64,000 nucleotides of DNA from a phage: sequence record PQ724394.1; one strand, written 5' to 3'. Of the stretch, positions 29,587-40,963 are shown piece by piece (positions within the stretch are counted from its first letter, which is position 1; each line of letters begins with the position of its first letter). Position numbers and translations under genes: made by a program. The notes under the pieces were generated by a model that saw only the letters and a list, made by a program, of their open reading frames with translations, was not told the DNA's origin and did not search any database.

Positions 29587-29877
29587 TCATTTGCACTTCT
29601 CCTCTTTTAGTCCAGAACGATAATAACATAACATAGATTTTTGGTCTTGTACATATCTTTTTACGTCGTTCAACCAAATGCGGTGTTCTTGAGAGTCTTC
29701 AAATGGCATTCCTACCCAAGCCTTACCATCGAGTACCTTAACCTGCCACTTAACATTATGTTCGGCAATAGGTTGTGGCCATGAAGGGTGGAGTTGTTGT
29801 TTAGGCGCTACAGGAACATCCTGGGCACATCCAACTAGCAATCCAATAGATAACATTACAGCAGCCAATTTAATCAT
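29587..29877 (-). CDS. Outer-membrane spanin (lipoprotein)
   Basis: Signal peptide with lipobox LLVGC, Pro-rich mature part; follows the i-spanin gene with overlap, matching the T4 spanin arrangement. Confidence 0.6.
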   Translation of the reverse strand: MIKLAAVMLSIGLLVGCAQDVPVAPKQQLHPSWPQPIAEHNVKWQVKVLDGKAWVGMPFEDSQEHRIWLNDVKRYVQDQKSMLCYYRSGLKEEKCK

Positions 29878-30227
29878 TCTGTGATGCTCCTGAAGTCTTC
29901 TGTAAAGGAATCGAAGGACTTGTTGATTTGTTTTTCGACCAATCCTGGTTTACTTGCCACCACGTGCGCCTTCTTCGAATCTTTACGGAGCTTTTCATTT
30001 TCTACCTTAATTTTATCCAGTCTGGCATTCATTTCAGTAGTACGGAATTCAATATCTGAATATTGACCACGAAGGTCATCAACAGCTTCAGCGTTCTGTT
30101 TAGCCGCTTCCTGGGTTGTTTTCAGTTCTTCAGTTAATGTATCGATACGGCTTGATTGATATGAAATCAAACCATAAGCACCTACTGCAAGAGCTCCAGC
30201 TAAAAGGTAAATATTTAATTTAGACAT
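29874..30227 (-). CDS. Inner-membrane spanin
   Basis: N-terminal TM segment (LLAGALAVGAYGLI) followed by coiled-coil-like region. Confidence 0.6.
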   Translation of the reverse strand: MSKLNIYLLAGALAVGAYGLISYQSSRIDTLTEELKTTQEAAKQNAEAVDDLRGQYSDIEFRTTEMNARLDKIKVENEKLRKDSKKAHVVASKPGLVEKQINKSFDSFTEDFRSITE

Positions 30228-30715
30228 TTGGTAATAATCTCGATGATGTCATCACGTGACAGGGAGTTGATAAGAACCGTTTTAGGGTTTTCACACTGGA
30301 TTTTATACGTTTCGAACATCACGCACAATTCTTCAGCGGTATGGTAAGGGCTCGAAATGCCAAGGCGATTAAACTTATCGCTTAATGGGTCGCAAATCAA
30401 ATAGAATGTGATTCCAGCGATTTTGACATTAGGCTGACTGATATTAATGAATACCTCAGCATCATACTTGGAAAGGTTGTTTTGGAGAAACTCAACCATA
30501 GAGTTAACAGCTTCCGGCATGGCTTCACGCTTTTCTTCTGCATAACGGGTAGAGTATTCTTTTTGCTTAATTTTCTTTTTAGCATTTTTAGCTAAAGTAA
30601 CACGAAGATCGGTTAGGTACCCTACTGCACGAGAACCTTTAAAAACTTGGATACCGTCAGTAGAGTCACCAAAAGCTTTAACAACCATTTCGTTGGTAAT
30701 CATTTGCATATTCAT
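30215..30715 (-). CDS. alc: Putative Alc (host transcription unfolding/termination protein), positional
   Basis: 166 aa (T4 Alc 167 aa) located between the spanins and rnlA. Confidence 0.5.
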   Translation of the reverse strand: MNMQMITNEMVVKAFGDSTDGIQVFKGSRAVGYLTDLRVTLAKNAKKKIKQKEYSTRYAEEKREAMPEAVNSMVEFLQNNLSKYDAEVFINISQPNVKIAGITFYLICDPLSDKFNRLGISSPYHTAEELCVMFETYKIQCENPKTVLINSLSRDDIIEIITKCLN

Positions 30716-30773
30716 TTTGTTTTCTCCTCATTAGTTGGTAAGTCTATACTAACACATCATGAGGAGATGTAAA

Positions 30774-31922
30774 CTACTCTATCACAATTTCTTTCAAATA
30801 TTTTTCAGGGATTTGGGCCTTATGATTTTTCAAGAACACAGAGTTAATCTGGTCCACGACTGTATCATAATTAATACCGTCTACGTACGCCTGCATAAGA
30901 ATAGAGAACAGCCCTGGGAAGTCTTTGAGGATTAACTGACCGGTAACAGCGTAGTCTTTACGGTCACGACCCTTGAGCTGAGAATATGCTGCTTCTAACA
31001 AAGCCAAGGACTGTTCTAAGTAGTCTAAATGGATACGTTCAAATGCATTGATTTTCTCGATAGCAAATGAATCGGTGCTGAACAAACCTCGGAGGTCATC
31101 AGTTCCACCAGCCACTACAACTTCAAACAAACGTTCGTTATTGTTAATGGAATCTTTGGTATGATGCAGTGCGCTATACCAAGCGGTTTTGAGTTTAAAG
31201 AACGTGCCATCTTTAAGTACAAAGATAAAGCCTTCAATACCCTCTTGTTTACGGATATTGTCAACAAAATCACCTTCAGAGAGTTCATAGCTTTTAACCA
31301 AATGCTTACGCAGAGCGCCATCTTTAAACAGTTCAGCATAAGGGATATACTCACCCGTTTCGTTATTACGAACGTTCAGTAAGATAAGGTTTGTTTCTTG
31401 GTAAGCCAGCACAATACGGTTAGTAGGCGAAACATACTCGAGGTTGCATGTGTAGCCTGCTTTAGTAATTTCTTCTAAACGAGCAGCGAAGGCCTCGTTT
31501 TCAGGGAGTCGAAGGAAACGTAAAGAATCATGTACCATCGACGAATGGATAGAGCCTTTAGATTTAACAGAAAGATATTGTCTGTCCATGAAGGTAGAAA
31601 TCAAGGAACCATCTTCCTTAGCCATTACGAGGTCGATATTTTCTTGTGATAAATCTAAACCAATAGTCAACGGGTTTTCATCGAGATTAAAGAACTTTTG
31701 CATAGGACGAGCAGCGATACGTACCGGACCATTCTCGTCCATTTCAAACATAATGCCTCGGCACTCTAGTGCGCCGTCTTCCAACCAATCACTGTATGAT
31801 GCATAGTTATAACTAAAGATGCGATAGTTGACTCCTAGAGCACTCTGGAAGTCTTTAAAGAAGAACTTAGATTTAGTTGAGTTTTTAACCAAAGTCATCA
31901 AGTTATCATATAATTCAATCAT
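30774..31922 (-). CDS. rnlA: RNA ligase 1
   Basis: Matches T4 Rnl1 (YRIFSYNYASYSDWL…ALECRGIMFEM…KEDGSL with the ligase lysine motif). Confidence 0.8.
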   Translation of the reverse strand: MIELYDNLMTLVKNSTKSKFFFKDFQSALGVNYRIFSYNYASYSDWLEDGALECRGIMFEMDENGPVRIAARPMQKFFNLDENPLTIGLDLSQENIDLVMAKEDGSLISTFMDRQYLSVKSKGSIHSSMVHDSLRFLRLPENEAFAARLEEITKAGYTCNLEYVSPTNRIVLAYQETNLILLNVRNNETGEYIPYAELFKDGALRKHLVKSYELSEGDFVDNIRKQEGIEGFIFVLKDGTFFKLKTAWYSALHHTKDSINNNERLFEVVVAGGTDDLRGLFSTDSFAIEKINAFERIHLDYLEQSLALLEAAYSQLKGRDRKDYAVTGQLILKDFPGLFSILMQAYVDGINYDTVVDQINSVFLKNHKAQIPEKYLKEIVIE

Positions 31923-32332
31923 TGCTTTATCCTATGTTGGGTATTCCAAGGTGGATTAAATTTCTTTATGAACATTGGCTCTTCAAGAGACATGGTCTCA
32001 ACTGACATAGTTCCAAGTTCGTTAGTCATCGACAGATTAAAGCACTGTCTAGCATAGAACTCTACCTTTTTACCTGCCATTAATGCTTCATGAATCAGAA
32101 TGGACTTGGTCGAATCCGACGTTTGGTCCTTACGATTAATAGCTGTTCGGTAGTAGTTGATGCGCTTACGAAGATTTTTAGTCTTCCCGATGTAGACTAG
32201 TATATCATCAACCGCTATAGCATATATGACATTTTGTTTGTTTGGAACCGTGATAGGGGCTATAGTAGCATCTGTTTGGAGCTCCAGTGTAACGTACTTG
32301 ATAAAGCTAAATTCATCTGCGATTTCTTTCAT
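31919..32332 (-). CDS. denA: Endonuclease II (GIY-YIG family)
   Basis: MKEIADEFSFIKY…VIYAIAVDDILVYIGKTKNLRKRINYYR matches T4 DenA; start at ATG 32332 because the upstream extension encodes a GC hairpin. Confidence 0.8.
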   Translation of the reverse strand: MKEIADEFSFIKYVTLELQTDATIAPITVPNKQNVIYAIAVDDILVYIGKTKNLRKRINYYRTAINRKDQTSDSTKSILIHEALMAGKKVEFYARQCFNLSMTNELGTMSVETMSLEEPMFIKKFNPPWNTQHRIKQ

Positions 32333-32359
32333 AGCAATAAGGGGCCGAAGCCCCATTCC

Positions 32360-33568
32360 TTAAAAATATTTCTTGTATGACGCCATTACTTTTTCATCGA
32401 CATCATTATCAATTTGTGCTACAAGGTAAGAACTGATTTCCACTTCCTGAGGAGCAGCCTGTACAGCATCAGAGTTCAGGTATTCACGAATCCAAGGATA
32501 TGGATGGCGAGTAGGGGCATCAGTAATAGGACATGGTAAGCCACATTGCTTCATACGAGAAACTGTCAGGTAATCGACAAAAGCACCCATGTTCTGAGTA
32601 TTTAATCCAGGGCAAGTACCATCTTTGAACAGGTGGGCAGCCCACTCTTTTTCTTGTCGGTTAACTTCCATGAAAATATCAACTGCTTCTTGTTCACACT
32701 CTTGGGCAATTTTAACCCATTCATCACCATCTGTACCAAGCTGGAGTTGACGGATAATGTACTGGGTGCCTTTAAGGTGAAGCTGTTCATCACGTGCAAT
32801 GAACTTCATAATCTTAGCATTACCTTCCATGATTTCCATATTCTTATGGAAGTTAAAGGTACATGCGAAAGATACGTAAAAACGAATAGCTTCCAATGCG
32901 TTGATTACATGCAGGCAGAGGTAAAGAGAGCGCATTAGTTCACGTTTCCAATACATTTCATGCTCTATGGCATCTTCAATATCATCTTCGTCTGAGTTAA
33001 TTTCTTTTTGGTACTCAATATCAGCTTTAGCATTCTGCCAATATCTAGTTTTCTCAATAACATCGTCATAATAACGACCAATAGATTCAGCACGTTTCAT
33101 GATAGCTTCATCTAACAGAATTTCATCAAATACCTTAGATGGGTCTGTATAGAGGTTACGCATGATATGGGTATAAGAACGAGAGTGAATGGTTTCACTA
33201 AAGGTCCATGTAGCCACCCAAGTATCAAGGCTAGGGTCTGAAATCAAGGCTTGGAGTGCAGCAGACGGCGCACGTCCCTGGATACTATCCAGAAGTGATT
33301 GATACTTCAGGTTATTGGTAAAAATATTTTGCTGGAATTGTGGAAGCTTATTAAACTGGGCAGCATCCATCATCAAGTTAACTTCTTCAGGACGCCAGAA
33401 GAAACTCAACTGTTTTTCACAAAGCTCTTCGAATACTTTATGACGTTGGATATCGTAACGAGCAATACCCAATCCTGAACCAAAGAACATCGGTTCGACT
33501 AAAACATCAACTGGGGTAGTATTAAAAACTGTAGACATGTTATTCTCATTTGTTAGTGACTCATCCAT
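32360..33568 (-). CDS. nrdB: Ribonucleotide reductase small subunit (uninterrupted, no intron)
   Basis: Di-iron ligand motifs (E…EAIH, E…H); single continuous ORF. Confidence 0.9.
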   Translation of the reverse strand: MDESLTNENNMSTVFNTTPVDVLVEPMFFGSGLGIARYDIQRHKVFEELCEKQLSFFWRPEEVNLMMDAAQFNKLPQFQQNIFTNNLKYQSLLDSIQGRAPSAALQALISDPSLDTWVATWTFSETIHSRSYTHIMRNLYTDPSKVFDEILLDEAIMKRAESIGRYYDDVIEKTRYWQNAKADIEYQKEINSDEDDIEDAIEHEMYWKRELMRSLYLCLHVINALEAIRFYVSFACTFNFHKNMEIMEGNAKIMKFIARDEQLHLKGTQYIIRQLQLGTDGDEWVKIAQECEQEAVDIFMEVNRQEKEWAAHLFKDGTCPGLNTQNMGAFVDYLTVSRMKQCGLPCPITDAPTRHPYPWIREYLNSDAVQAAPQEVEISSYLVAQIDNDVDEKVMASYKKYF

Positions 33569-33591
33569 GAGTCAATTATAATCAGATTTTA

Positions 33592-35847
33592 TTAAAGCTT
33601 ACAAGCTGCGCAATCATCGGCTTTAGGAGTTTCGATTTCATAATCGTCAGTACCAGAGCCATCACGGGTATTATGATAATAAAGGTTCTTACCACCAAAG
33701 TACCAGAAATATAACAGGTCATCAAGCATTACTGACATAGGAACTTTTCCTTTCTCATAATTCTGAGGGTCGTAATACGTATTCGCTGATGCTGATTGGC
33801 AAACCCATTTCAACATAATTGCTACTTGGGTAAGATAAGGTTTATTACCTTTCTTAGCGAGGCTCCAAGCGTAATCATAGAGGCCTTGGTTATGTTCTAC
33901 ATTAGGAACTACCTGACGGAAGTTACCTTCTTTAGATTCTTTAATACTTACCGGGCCACGCGGAGGTTCGATACCGTTTGTAGAGTTGGAAACTTGGCTG
34001 CTTGACTCGCATGGCATAAGTGCTGATAATGTGCTATTACGGATGCCATGTTTAGCCAAGTCTTCCCGCAACGACGACCAGTCACAAACATAGTTTGGGG
34101 CTGCGATTTGGTCAATCTTTTTATTGTACCAGTCGATAGGAAGCTCGCCTCGAGACCATTTAGTGTCTGAATAATACTCGCAAGGTCCTTTTTCTTCGGC
34201 CAACTTGATTGATGCTCGGATAAGTCCATACTGTAATCTCTCAAACAGTTCATGAGTTAAATCGTTTGCGTCTTCATAAGAAGCAAAGTTGCTTGCCAGC
34301 CATGCTGCGTAGTTAGTAACACCCACACCAAGGTTACGACGTTTCTTAGCCTTCAGAGCTTCAGGAACAGGATAGCTTTGATAATCTAATAGGTTATCAA
34401 GTGCACGTACCTGTACTTCAGCGAGTTCGTTGATTTTGTCTTGGTCTTGCCAATCAAAGTTATCCAACACGAATGCAGACAGCGTACACAACCCGATTTC
34501 AGCGTCCGGACTATTCACATCTGTAGTCGGGATAGCAATTTCACAGCATAGGTTACTCTGGCGAATAGGAGCCTTTTCACGAATAAATGGTGTGAAGTTG
34601 TTAGTGTTATCAACAAACTGAGGATAAATTCGTGCAGTGCCTGAACGTTCGGTCATGAACAATTCAAAGAGGTCACGTGCTTTAATACGTTTCTTGCGAA
34701 TGCTAGGGTCCTTTTCAGCCGCTTCATACAATTCACGGAAACGTTCTTGGTCTTCAAAATAAGAATAATAAAGCTCGCCGCCCATTTCATGAGGACTGAA
34801 CAGCGTGATGTAATCATTTTTACCGAAACGTTCCATCATAAGGTCATTCAACTGGATTCCGTAGTCCATATGACGAATACGGTTCTCATCGACACCTTTG
34901 TTGTTTTTCAGAACGAGCAGATTTTCAACTTCCAAATGCCAAATAGGATAATAAGCAGTAGCAGCGCCGCCACGGATTCCACCTTGTGAACATGATTTAA
35001 CAGCAGTCTGGAAATGTTTCCAGAATGGAATAACACCGGTATGCTTGACTTCACCCATGCCAATACGAGAACCTTCAGCACGAATCATACCAACGTTGAT
35101 ACCAATACCTGCACGTTTAGAAATGTATTCAATTATTGAGTTAGCGGTTTTGTTAATAGATTTCAGCGAGTCGCCTGCTTCAATAACCACACAAGAACTA
35201 AATTGACGGGTTGGAGTACGTGCTCCTGCCATAATAGGAGTAGGCAACGAAACCTGACGAGTACTTACAGCGTCATAAAAACGAATAATATGTGCCAAAC
35301 GGTTACCTGGCTCGTCTTGGTGTAAGGCCATACCAATACACATAATAGCGAACTGAGGGGTTTCGTAGATTTTACCGGTTGTTTTATCTTTAACCAGATA
35401 TTTCTCTTTCAGCTGCATTGCACCCGCATAGGTCAATTCAAAATCGCGTTCATGCTTGATATGAGATTCTAAGAAAGTAATTTCTTCTGCAGAATATCGA
35501 GACAGCAATTCGGGGTCATATTTACCTTCGTTAACACAATAGGAAATATGGTCAATAAAACTGCGTGGTTCAAACTGACCGTAAACTTCTTTACGCAGTG
35601 CAAACATCAATTGCTTTGCAGCAACATACTGATAGTCAGGCTCTTCAACCGAGATAAGGTTAGCCGCCACCTTAACAGTCAGATTTTGGATATCTTTGGT
35701 GGTCATACCATCACGAAGGTGGGTTTTGATTTCTTCGTATAATTCATAGGGGTCGATTTGGGTTCCTTCACAGCCCCAAGTCAGAACTTTAATAATTTTT
35801 TGTGCGTCAAAATCTTGGGATACACCACTACTCTTTTGTACTTGCAT
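33592..35847 (-). CDS. nrdA: Ribonucleotide reductase large subunit
   Basis: 751 aa with N-terminal ATP-cone and class Ia catalytic core (NLCCEI, C-terminal CxxC). Confidence 0.9.
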   Translation of the reverse strand: MQVQKSSGVSQDFDAQKIIKVLTWGCEGTQIDPYELYEEIKTHLRDGMTTKDIQNLTVKVAANLISVEEPDYQYVAAKQLMFALRKEVYGQFEPRSFIDHISYCVNEGKYDPELLSRYSAEEITFLESHIKHERDFELTYAGAMQLKEKYLVKDKTTGKIYETPQFAIMCIGMALHQDEPGNRLAHIIRFYDAVSTRQVSLPTPIMAGARTPTRQFSSCVVIEAGDSLKSINKTANSIIEYISKRAGIGINVGMIRAEGSRIGMGEVKHTGVIPFWKHFQTAVKSCSQGGIRGGAATAYYPIWHLEVENLLVLKNNKGVDENRIRHMDYGIQLNDLMMERFGKNDYITLFSPHEMGGELYYSYFEDQERFRELYEAAEKDPSIRKKRIKARDLFELFMTERSGTARIYPQFVDNTNNFTPFIREKAPIRQSNLCCEIAIPTTDVNSPDAEIGLCTLSAFVLDNFDWQDQDKINELAEVQVRALDNLLDYQSYPVPEALKAKKRRNLGVGVTNYAAWLASNFASYEDANDLTHELFERLQYGLIRASIKLAEEKGPCEYYSDTKWSRGELPIDWYNKKIDQIAAPNYVCDWSSLREDLAKHGIRNSTLSALMPCESSSQVSNSTNGIEPPRGPVSIKESKEGNFRQVVPNVEHNQGLYDYAWSLAKKGNKPYLTQVAIMLKWVCQSASANTYYDPQNYEKGKVPMSVMLDDLLYFWYFGGKNLYYHNTRDGSGTDDYEIETPKADDCAACKL

Positions 35848-35913
35848 AATTTCCTCAATATGTTAGGTTCTACATCTATAATAACATAGAACCTGTTAAG
35901 CATGGACTGATAT

Positions 35914-36207
35914 TTATAGGTCTTCTAATGAGAACGTATCTTTGAAAAGTTTGTTAACAACCAGGGCTATCACATCCCCATAACAGTCCTTAGGTTTACA
36001 GGTGCACGCTATTCGCATACCTCTAAGGGTTTCAAGGTGTTCTCTTTTAATTTCACCCGATTTTATTTTAGCAATAAAGTATTCTTTAAAGTTCTTGATG
36101 TTTTCCTCGCGGGTACCGTCTTTAAATGGATTACCCCACATGGTTCCACGCTGGATATTGACATCAAAATCTTCTTTATACTTGTTAACAACTCTACAGA
36201 CTCTCAT
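35914..36207 (-). CDS. DUF4326-like small protein
   Basis: WGNPF and IACTCKPKDCYGDV motifs typical of DUF4326; start at ATG 36207 avoids overlap with td. Confidence 0.45.
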   Translation of the reverse strand: MRVCRVVNKYKEDFDVNIQRGTMWGNPFKDGTREENIKNFKEYFIAKIKSGEIKREHLETLRGMRIACTCKPKDCYGDVIALVVNKLFKDTFSLEDL

Positions 36208-36268
36208 TATAGCACCAAATTCAGCCCAATCATAATAACCAAAAATAAGGTACCAGCGATTTGAATTT

Positions 36269-37125
36269 TCATACAGCCATCTTAGCCTTAATAGTAGGGT
36301 GCGATTCGTAACCTTTAAGAACAAAATCAGACGGCTTCATTGAATCAATCCAAGACAGTTGTGTCTTAGTGTCCCAAAGAATAAATTCTTCCGGTAAATT
36401 AATTTCAAGTTCACAAAGCTCTTTAGGTTCGCGACGAAGAACTTCTTGGCATTGTTCAACGTGATTAGAATAGATATGCGTATTGCCGCCTGAAAACACT
36501 AAATCGCCAGGAATAAGATTACACATCTTAGCTACAATATGCACAAGAGCGGCGTAAGAGGCGATATTAAATGGTAATCCTAAGAACACGTCAACAGAAC
36601 GTTGATACCACTGGAGGTCAAGATGACCGTTACGAACGTTGAACTGATAAAAACAATGACATGGTGGAAGAGCCATCTGGTCGATTTCAGCCGGGTTCCA
36701 TGCGGATACGATTTGACGTCGGTCATTAGGCATCTTTTTAATACGGTTGATAATTTCTACAACCTGGTCGACACCACCAAAATCTCGCCATTGTTTCCCA
36801 TATACAGGACCGAGTTCACCGCTATGATAACCTAAATCTTTGGCCTGATTTTCATAATTCTCGTCCCAAATAGTTTTACCGTCAATTAATGAACCGTGAG
36901 TACGGAAACGAAGGTCATTAACGTTAGTTGAACCCGAAAGGAACCAAAGGAGCTCAGCAATACAGGCTTTCCATGCTAATTTTTTAGTTGTTACTGCAGG
37001 AAAGCCTTTAGTTAAATCAAAACGTAATTTAGTACCGAACAGCGCAATTGTACCGGTACCGGTACGGTCGTCAGTTTCGTAGCCATTTTCCAGGATATCT
37101 TTAATTAAAAATTGATATTGTTTCA

Positions 37126-37126
<1 letters not shown>
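36269..37126 (-). CDS. td: Thymidylate synthase (uninterrupted, no intron)
   Basis: Near-identical to T4 TS (MKQYQFLIKDILENGYETDDRTGTGT…PPCH…); start at ATG 37126, the ORF-track start being an upstream TTG. Confidence 0.9.
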
Positions 37127-38248
<1,122 letters not shown>

Positions 38249-38258
38249 TATATTTTCC

Positions 38259-38498
38259 TCACGCTTTCTTAGCAACTTTCCAGTCGGCTTTAAATTGGTC
38301 AACATCAGAATGGTGAATCCAGAAACCAGACGAGCTACCATCTTCATAAAGAGGACAACCATCACACTCATCTTTCCAGCCCATTTCACACAAAGCTTGT
38401 TCGGCTTTTTCCAGAGCTTCCGGATTGTTACCTTGGATTGTGAAGTACCATTTGCCTTTAACTTCAGAATCTTTAATTGATTCGCGTTGTAATTTCAT
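38259..38498 (-). CDS. Hypothetical early protein
   Basis: 79 aa ORF with SD gaggag. Confidence 0.4.
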   Translation of the reverse strand: MKLQRESIKDSEVKGKWYFTIQGNNPEALEKAEQALCEMGWKDECDGCPLYEDGSSSGFWIHHSDVDQFKADWKVAKKA

Positions 38499-38556
38499 TT
38501 TATTCTCCTCAAGTTGATAAGGCTATGGTAGTGATACTATAGCCTTAGGTAAACAC

Positions 38557-38784
38557 TTATTTTTGAATTAAGCCCATATAAAATTCAGCGTCTTCAGCAT
38601 GCATACCATCGCAATATTCATCAGCCATAAAGCGGGTAAGGTCTTCAAGAGGACCTTGAACTTCAATTTGCATACTAAAGAATTGCGTATCTTTAATATA
38701 GGTCATAACTAAAGAAGGATAACGATTACGGATAACTTCGTAAGTGTATTCAAAATCAACGATATCAATATTAACTTTAGCCAT
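38557..38784 (-). CDS. Hypothetical early protein
   Basis: 75 aa ORF with its own early promoter. Confidence 0.4.
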   Translation of the reverse strand: MAKVNIDIVDFEYTYEVIRNRYPSLVMTYIKDTQFFSMQIEVQGPLEDLTRFMADEYCDGMHAEDAEFYMGLIQK

Positions 38785-38813
38785 TTTATTTTCCTCATGT
38801 AGTTGATAGGTCT

Positions 38814-38842
38814 ATAGTATCATGCCTATAGACCTTGTAAAC
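38814..38842 (-). promoter_or_regulatory. T4-type early promoter embedded in a 10-bp inverted repeat
   Basis: Minus strand GTTTAC-N17-TACTAT; palindrome aggtctatag/ctatagacct spans the -10. Confidence 0.55.
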
Positions 38843-38844
38843 AT

Positions 38845-39105
38845 TTATTTTTGAATTTTATCAAGCCATTTACCAAGCTTAATCATTTCTTTGGTAGCTT
38901 TTTCCATACTTCTGAATTTAACCAGTAAGGGTTGAGCATCAACACCCATAACTAAAGTGGTTACAAGGCTATGTTCACCTACAAGCCATAATGAATACGT
39001 TTGGACATCGAGGCCGTAATTTCGGTCTTTATGAACTCGTATACCCATCACTTCAAATTTCTCACTGGCTTTTTCTACTGCATCCAGGAAATCATCTTTA
39101 GTCAT
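38845..39105 (-). CDS. Hypothetical early protein
   Basis: Start taken at the internal ATG abutting the upstream stop. Confidence 0.4.
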   Translation of the reverse strand: MTKDDFLDAVEKASEKFEVMGIRVHKDRNYGLDVQTYSLWLVGEHSLVTTLVMGVDAQPLLVKFRSMEKATKEMIKLGKWLDKIQK

Positions 39106-39106
39106 G

Positions 39107-39487
39107 TTAGGCCTTAAAAGTTTTTTGCAAAAGTTCAATAATTTGGTCGACGTTCTGTTCAGTGACAATGCAATGGATTTGGGTCACGCCGGTCTTAGTA
39201 ACAGGTTTGTCAACTTCATCTTCGTCATATTCACGGAAGCAATAGAACTCATCTTCATGCAATTCAAAATATTCCTTTAGTGTCCCGTCCGAACTAAAAA
39301 TCTCACCATTCGCACATTTGATTTTAGTTACAAATTTATCCCCATCCGAGGTCATTGTATCCTTTACTTCAAACCATCCACCGTTTTCTTGGATAATATC
39401 GACCATATCATTATTATTGATAGGGCTGATATTAATAAAGGCTTTGATACGCTCACGGCGAAGTTCATATTTTTTACCGATTTCCAT
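39107..39487 (-). CDS. Hypothetical early protein, tandem paralogue A
   Basis: Shares YFEL-EDEF and TQIH…ELLQKTF blocks with the adjacent ORF. Confidence 0.45.
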   Translation of the reverse strand: MEIGKKYELRRERIKAFINISPINNNDMVDIIQENGGWFEVKDTMTSDGDKFVTKIKCANGEIFSSDGTLKEYFELHEDEFYCFREYDEDEVDKPVTKTGVTQIHCIVTEQNVDQIIELLQKTFKA

Positions 39488-39489
39488 TT

Positions 39490-39858
39490 TTAAATTCCAA
39501 AGGTAGTTTTAATCAAGGCAACAACTTCTGCCGCATTTTTATGATTTACCTGCACATGAATGGTTTGGGTATCAACAGCAGGAGCATCGCCATCAACTTC
39601 TATGAAGTGTTTGAATTCCCATTCAGCGAGTTCAAAATACTCGTCAGCATTATCATAAACAGACTTCAGGATGGTACCATCTTTCATTTCAACTTTTTCG
39701 ACAAAATAATCACCGTCGATATAACACATGTCCAGGACTTTAAAGGAATTGCCATGTTGTTCCATAATCTTAATCATACGCGAATTGTTAGCAGGACTAC
39801 AAGCGATGAATTGTTTTTTGGCAGCAGGGTCTAATACGTAAAATTTACCAGTTTCCAT
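39490..39858 (-). CDS. Hypothetical early protein, tandem paralogue B
   Basis: Paralogous to 39107-39487 (YFELAEWEF, TQTIHV…ALIKTTF). Confidence 0.45.
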   Translation of the reverse strand: METGKFYVLDPAAKKQFIACSPANNSRMIKIMEQHGNSFKVLDMCYIDGDYFVEKVEMKDGTILKSVYDNADEYFELAEWEFKHFIEVDGDAPAVDTQTIHVQVNHKNAAEVVALIKTTFGI

Positions 39859-39887
39859 TTTTATTTCCTCATGTAGTTGATAAGTCT

Positions 39888-39916
39888 ATAGTATCATGTT
39901 TAAAGGAGTTGTAAAC
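39888..39916 (-). promoter_or_regulatory. T4-type early promoter
   Basis: Minus strand GTTTAC-N17-TACTAT, about 30 nt upstream of the ATG at 39858. Confidence 0.55.
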
Positions 39917-39967
39917 CATTAAATGCCAAAAAGGAAGACCGAAGTCTTCCCATTATAAATCAATAAC

Positions 39968-40873
39968 TTATAGACCAGCTAACAGGTCGTCCAGACCATC
40001 GTCATCAGAAGGACTTACTGATGGTTCAGGAGTAGTGGAACGGGTCGGTGTAGACGGTTTGGAATCATATGCATCAAGGTCTGCACTGAATGCGTCCAGG
40101 TCATCACCAATCTTATCTGCAGCTGCAGAAGCTTTAGCGGCAGCACCACCAAGAGCAGCAGTACCAACAACTTTCTTAAACTTAGCTTCGTTAGTTTCAA
40201 AGGATTTGAACTCGAGCAGTTTAGAAAGGTCGTGCATTTCTTCCATCAATTTAGCTTGGTAAGCTTCATCATTGATGTTAGGAATTTCAGACTGACCCAT
40301 GAATTTGGAATCGTCGTAGTTTTTGAAGTCACCAACTTTCTTAGATTTCAGTACGAAGTTAGCACCATCAAACGGACATGTTACGTCAACCGGCACTTCA
40401 CCAATATCAGTATCAACTTCAACCATCTGGTTGATTTTATCCATAATTTTCTGACCAAAACGGAATTTAAACACTTTACCTTCGTTAGCAGGCACTGCAC
40501 TATCCTTAATAACAAGGATGTTAGCCCAGAAGGAAGTTTTACGTTTCATCAGTTTGTATTCGGCGTTATTAGTATTATACGTATCGTTCTGGTTCATGTA
40601 TTTACATACAGGACAAGAATCGAAATCACCGTGAGTAGACGTACAGTTTTCAATGTACCATTGACCATTTTTCTTAAAGCCGTGGTTAACGAGCTTAACG
40701 AATGGAGATGGATTTTCTTCGTTTTTCGAAGGTAGGAAACGAATTACCGCAGTACCAACACCATTGTCATCTTTCAATTTCCATTCAGCTTTATCATCGG
40801 AAGAGAAAGAAGAACCACCTTTCATTGCAGACAGTTGAGCAGCCAGTTGGGAAGGGTCTTTACGTTTGAACAT
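39968..40873 (-). CDS. 32: Single-stranded DNA-binding protein gp32
   Basis: 301 aa (as T4 gp32), zinc-binding H/CxxC cluster ([13 protein letters not shown]), acidic C-terminus. Confidence 0.9.
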   Translation of the reverse strand: MFKRKDPSQLAAQLSAMKGGSSFSSDDKAEWKLKDDNGVGTAVIRFLPSKNEENPSPFVKLVNHGFKKNGQWYIENCTSTHGDFDSCPVCKYMNQNDTYNTNNAEYKLMKRKTSFWANILVIKDSAVPANEGKVFKFRFGQKIMDKINQMVEVDTDIGEVPVDVTCPFDGANFVLKSKKVGDFKNYDDSKFMGQSEIPNINDEAYQAKLMEEMHDLSKLLEFKSFETNEAKFKKVVGTAALGGAAAKASAAADKIGDDLDAFSADLDAYDSKPSTPTRSTTPEPSVSPSDDDGLDDLLAGL

Positions 40874-40935
40874 ATTATTTACCTTAGCAGATTTTAGCAG
40901 TTGTATTTTATTAACAGTTTTTAACAGATTGAGTT

Positions 40936-40963
40936 AGTATATTAACACATTTAATATGAAGCA
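40936..40963 (-). promoter_or_regulatory. Candidate MotA-dependent middle promoter for gene 32
   Basis: Minus strand TGCTTCA-N15-TATACT within the AT-rich gene 32 leader. Confidence 0.35.

Noticed and set aside
40232-40735. 167-aa ORF on the plus strand
   Set aside because: Antisense to gene 32, which is strongly supported; chance ORF
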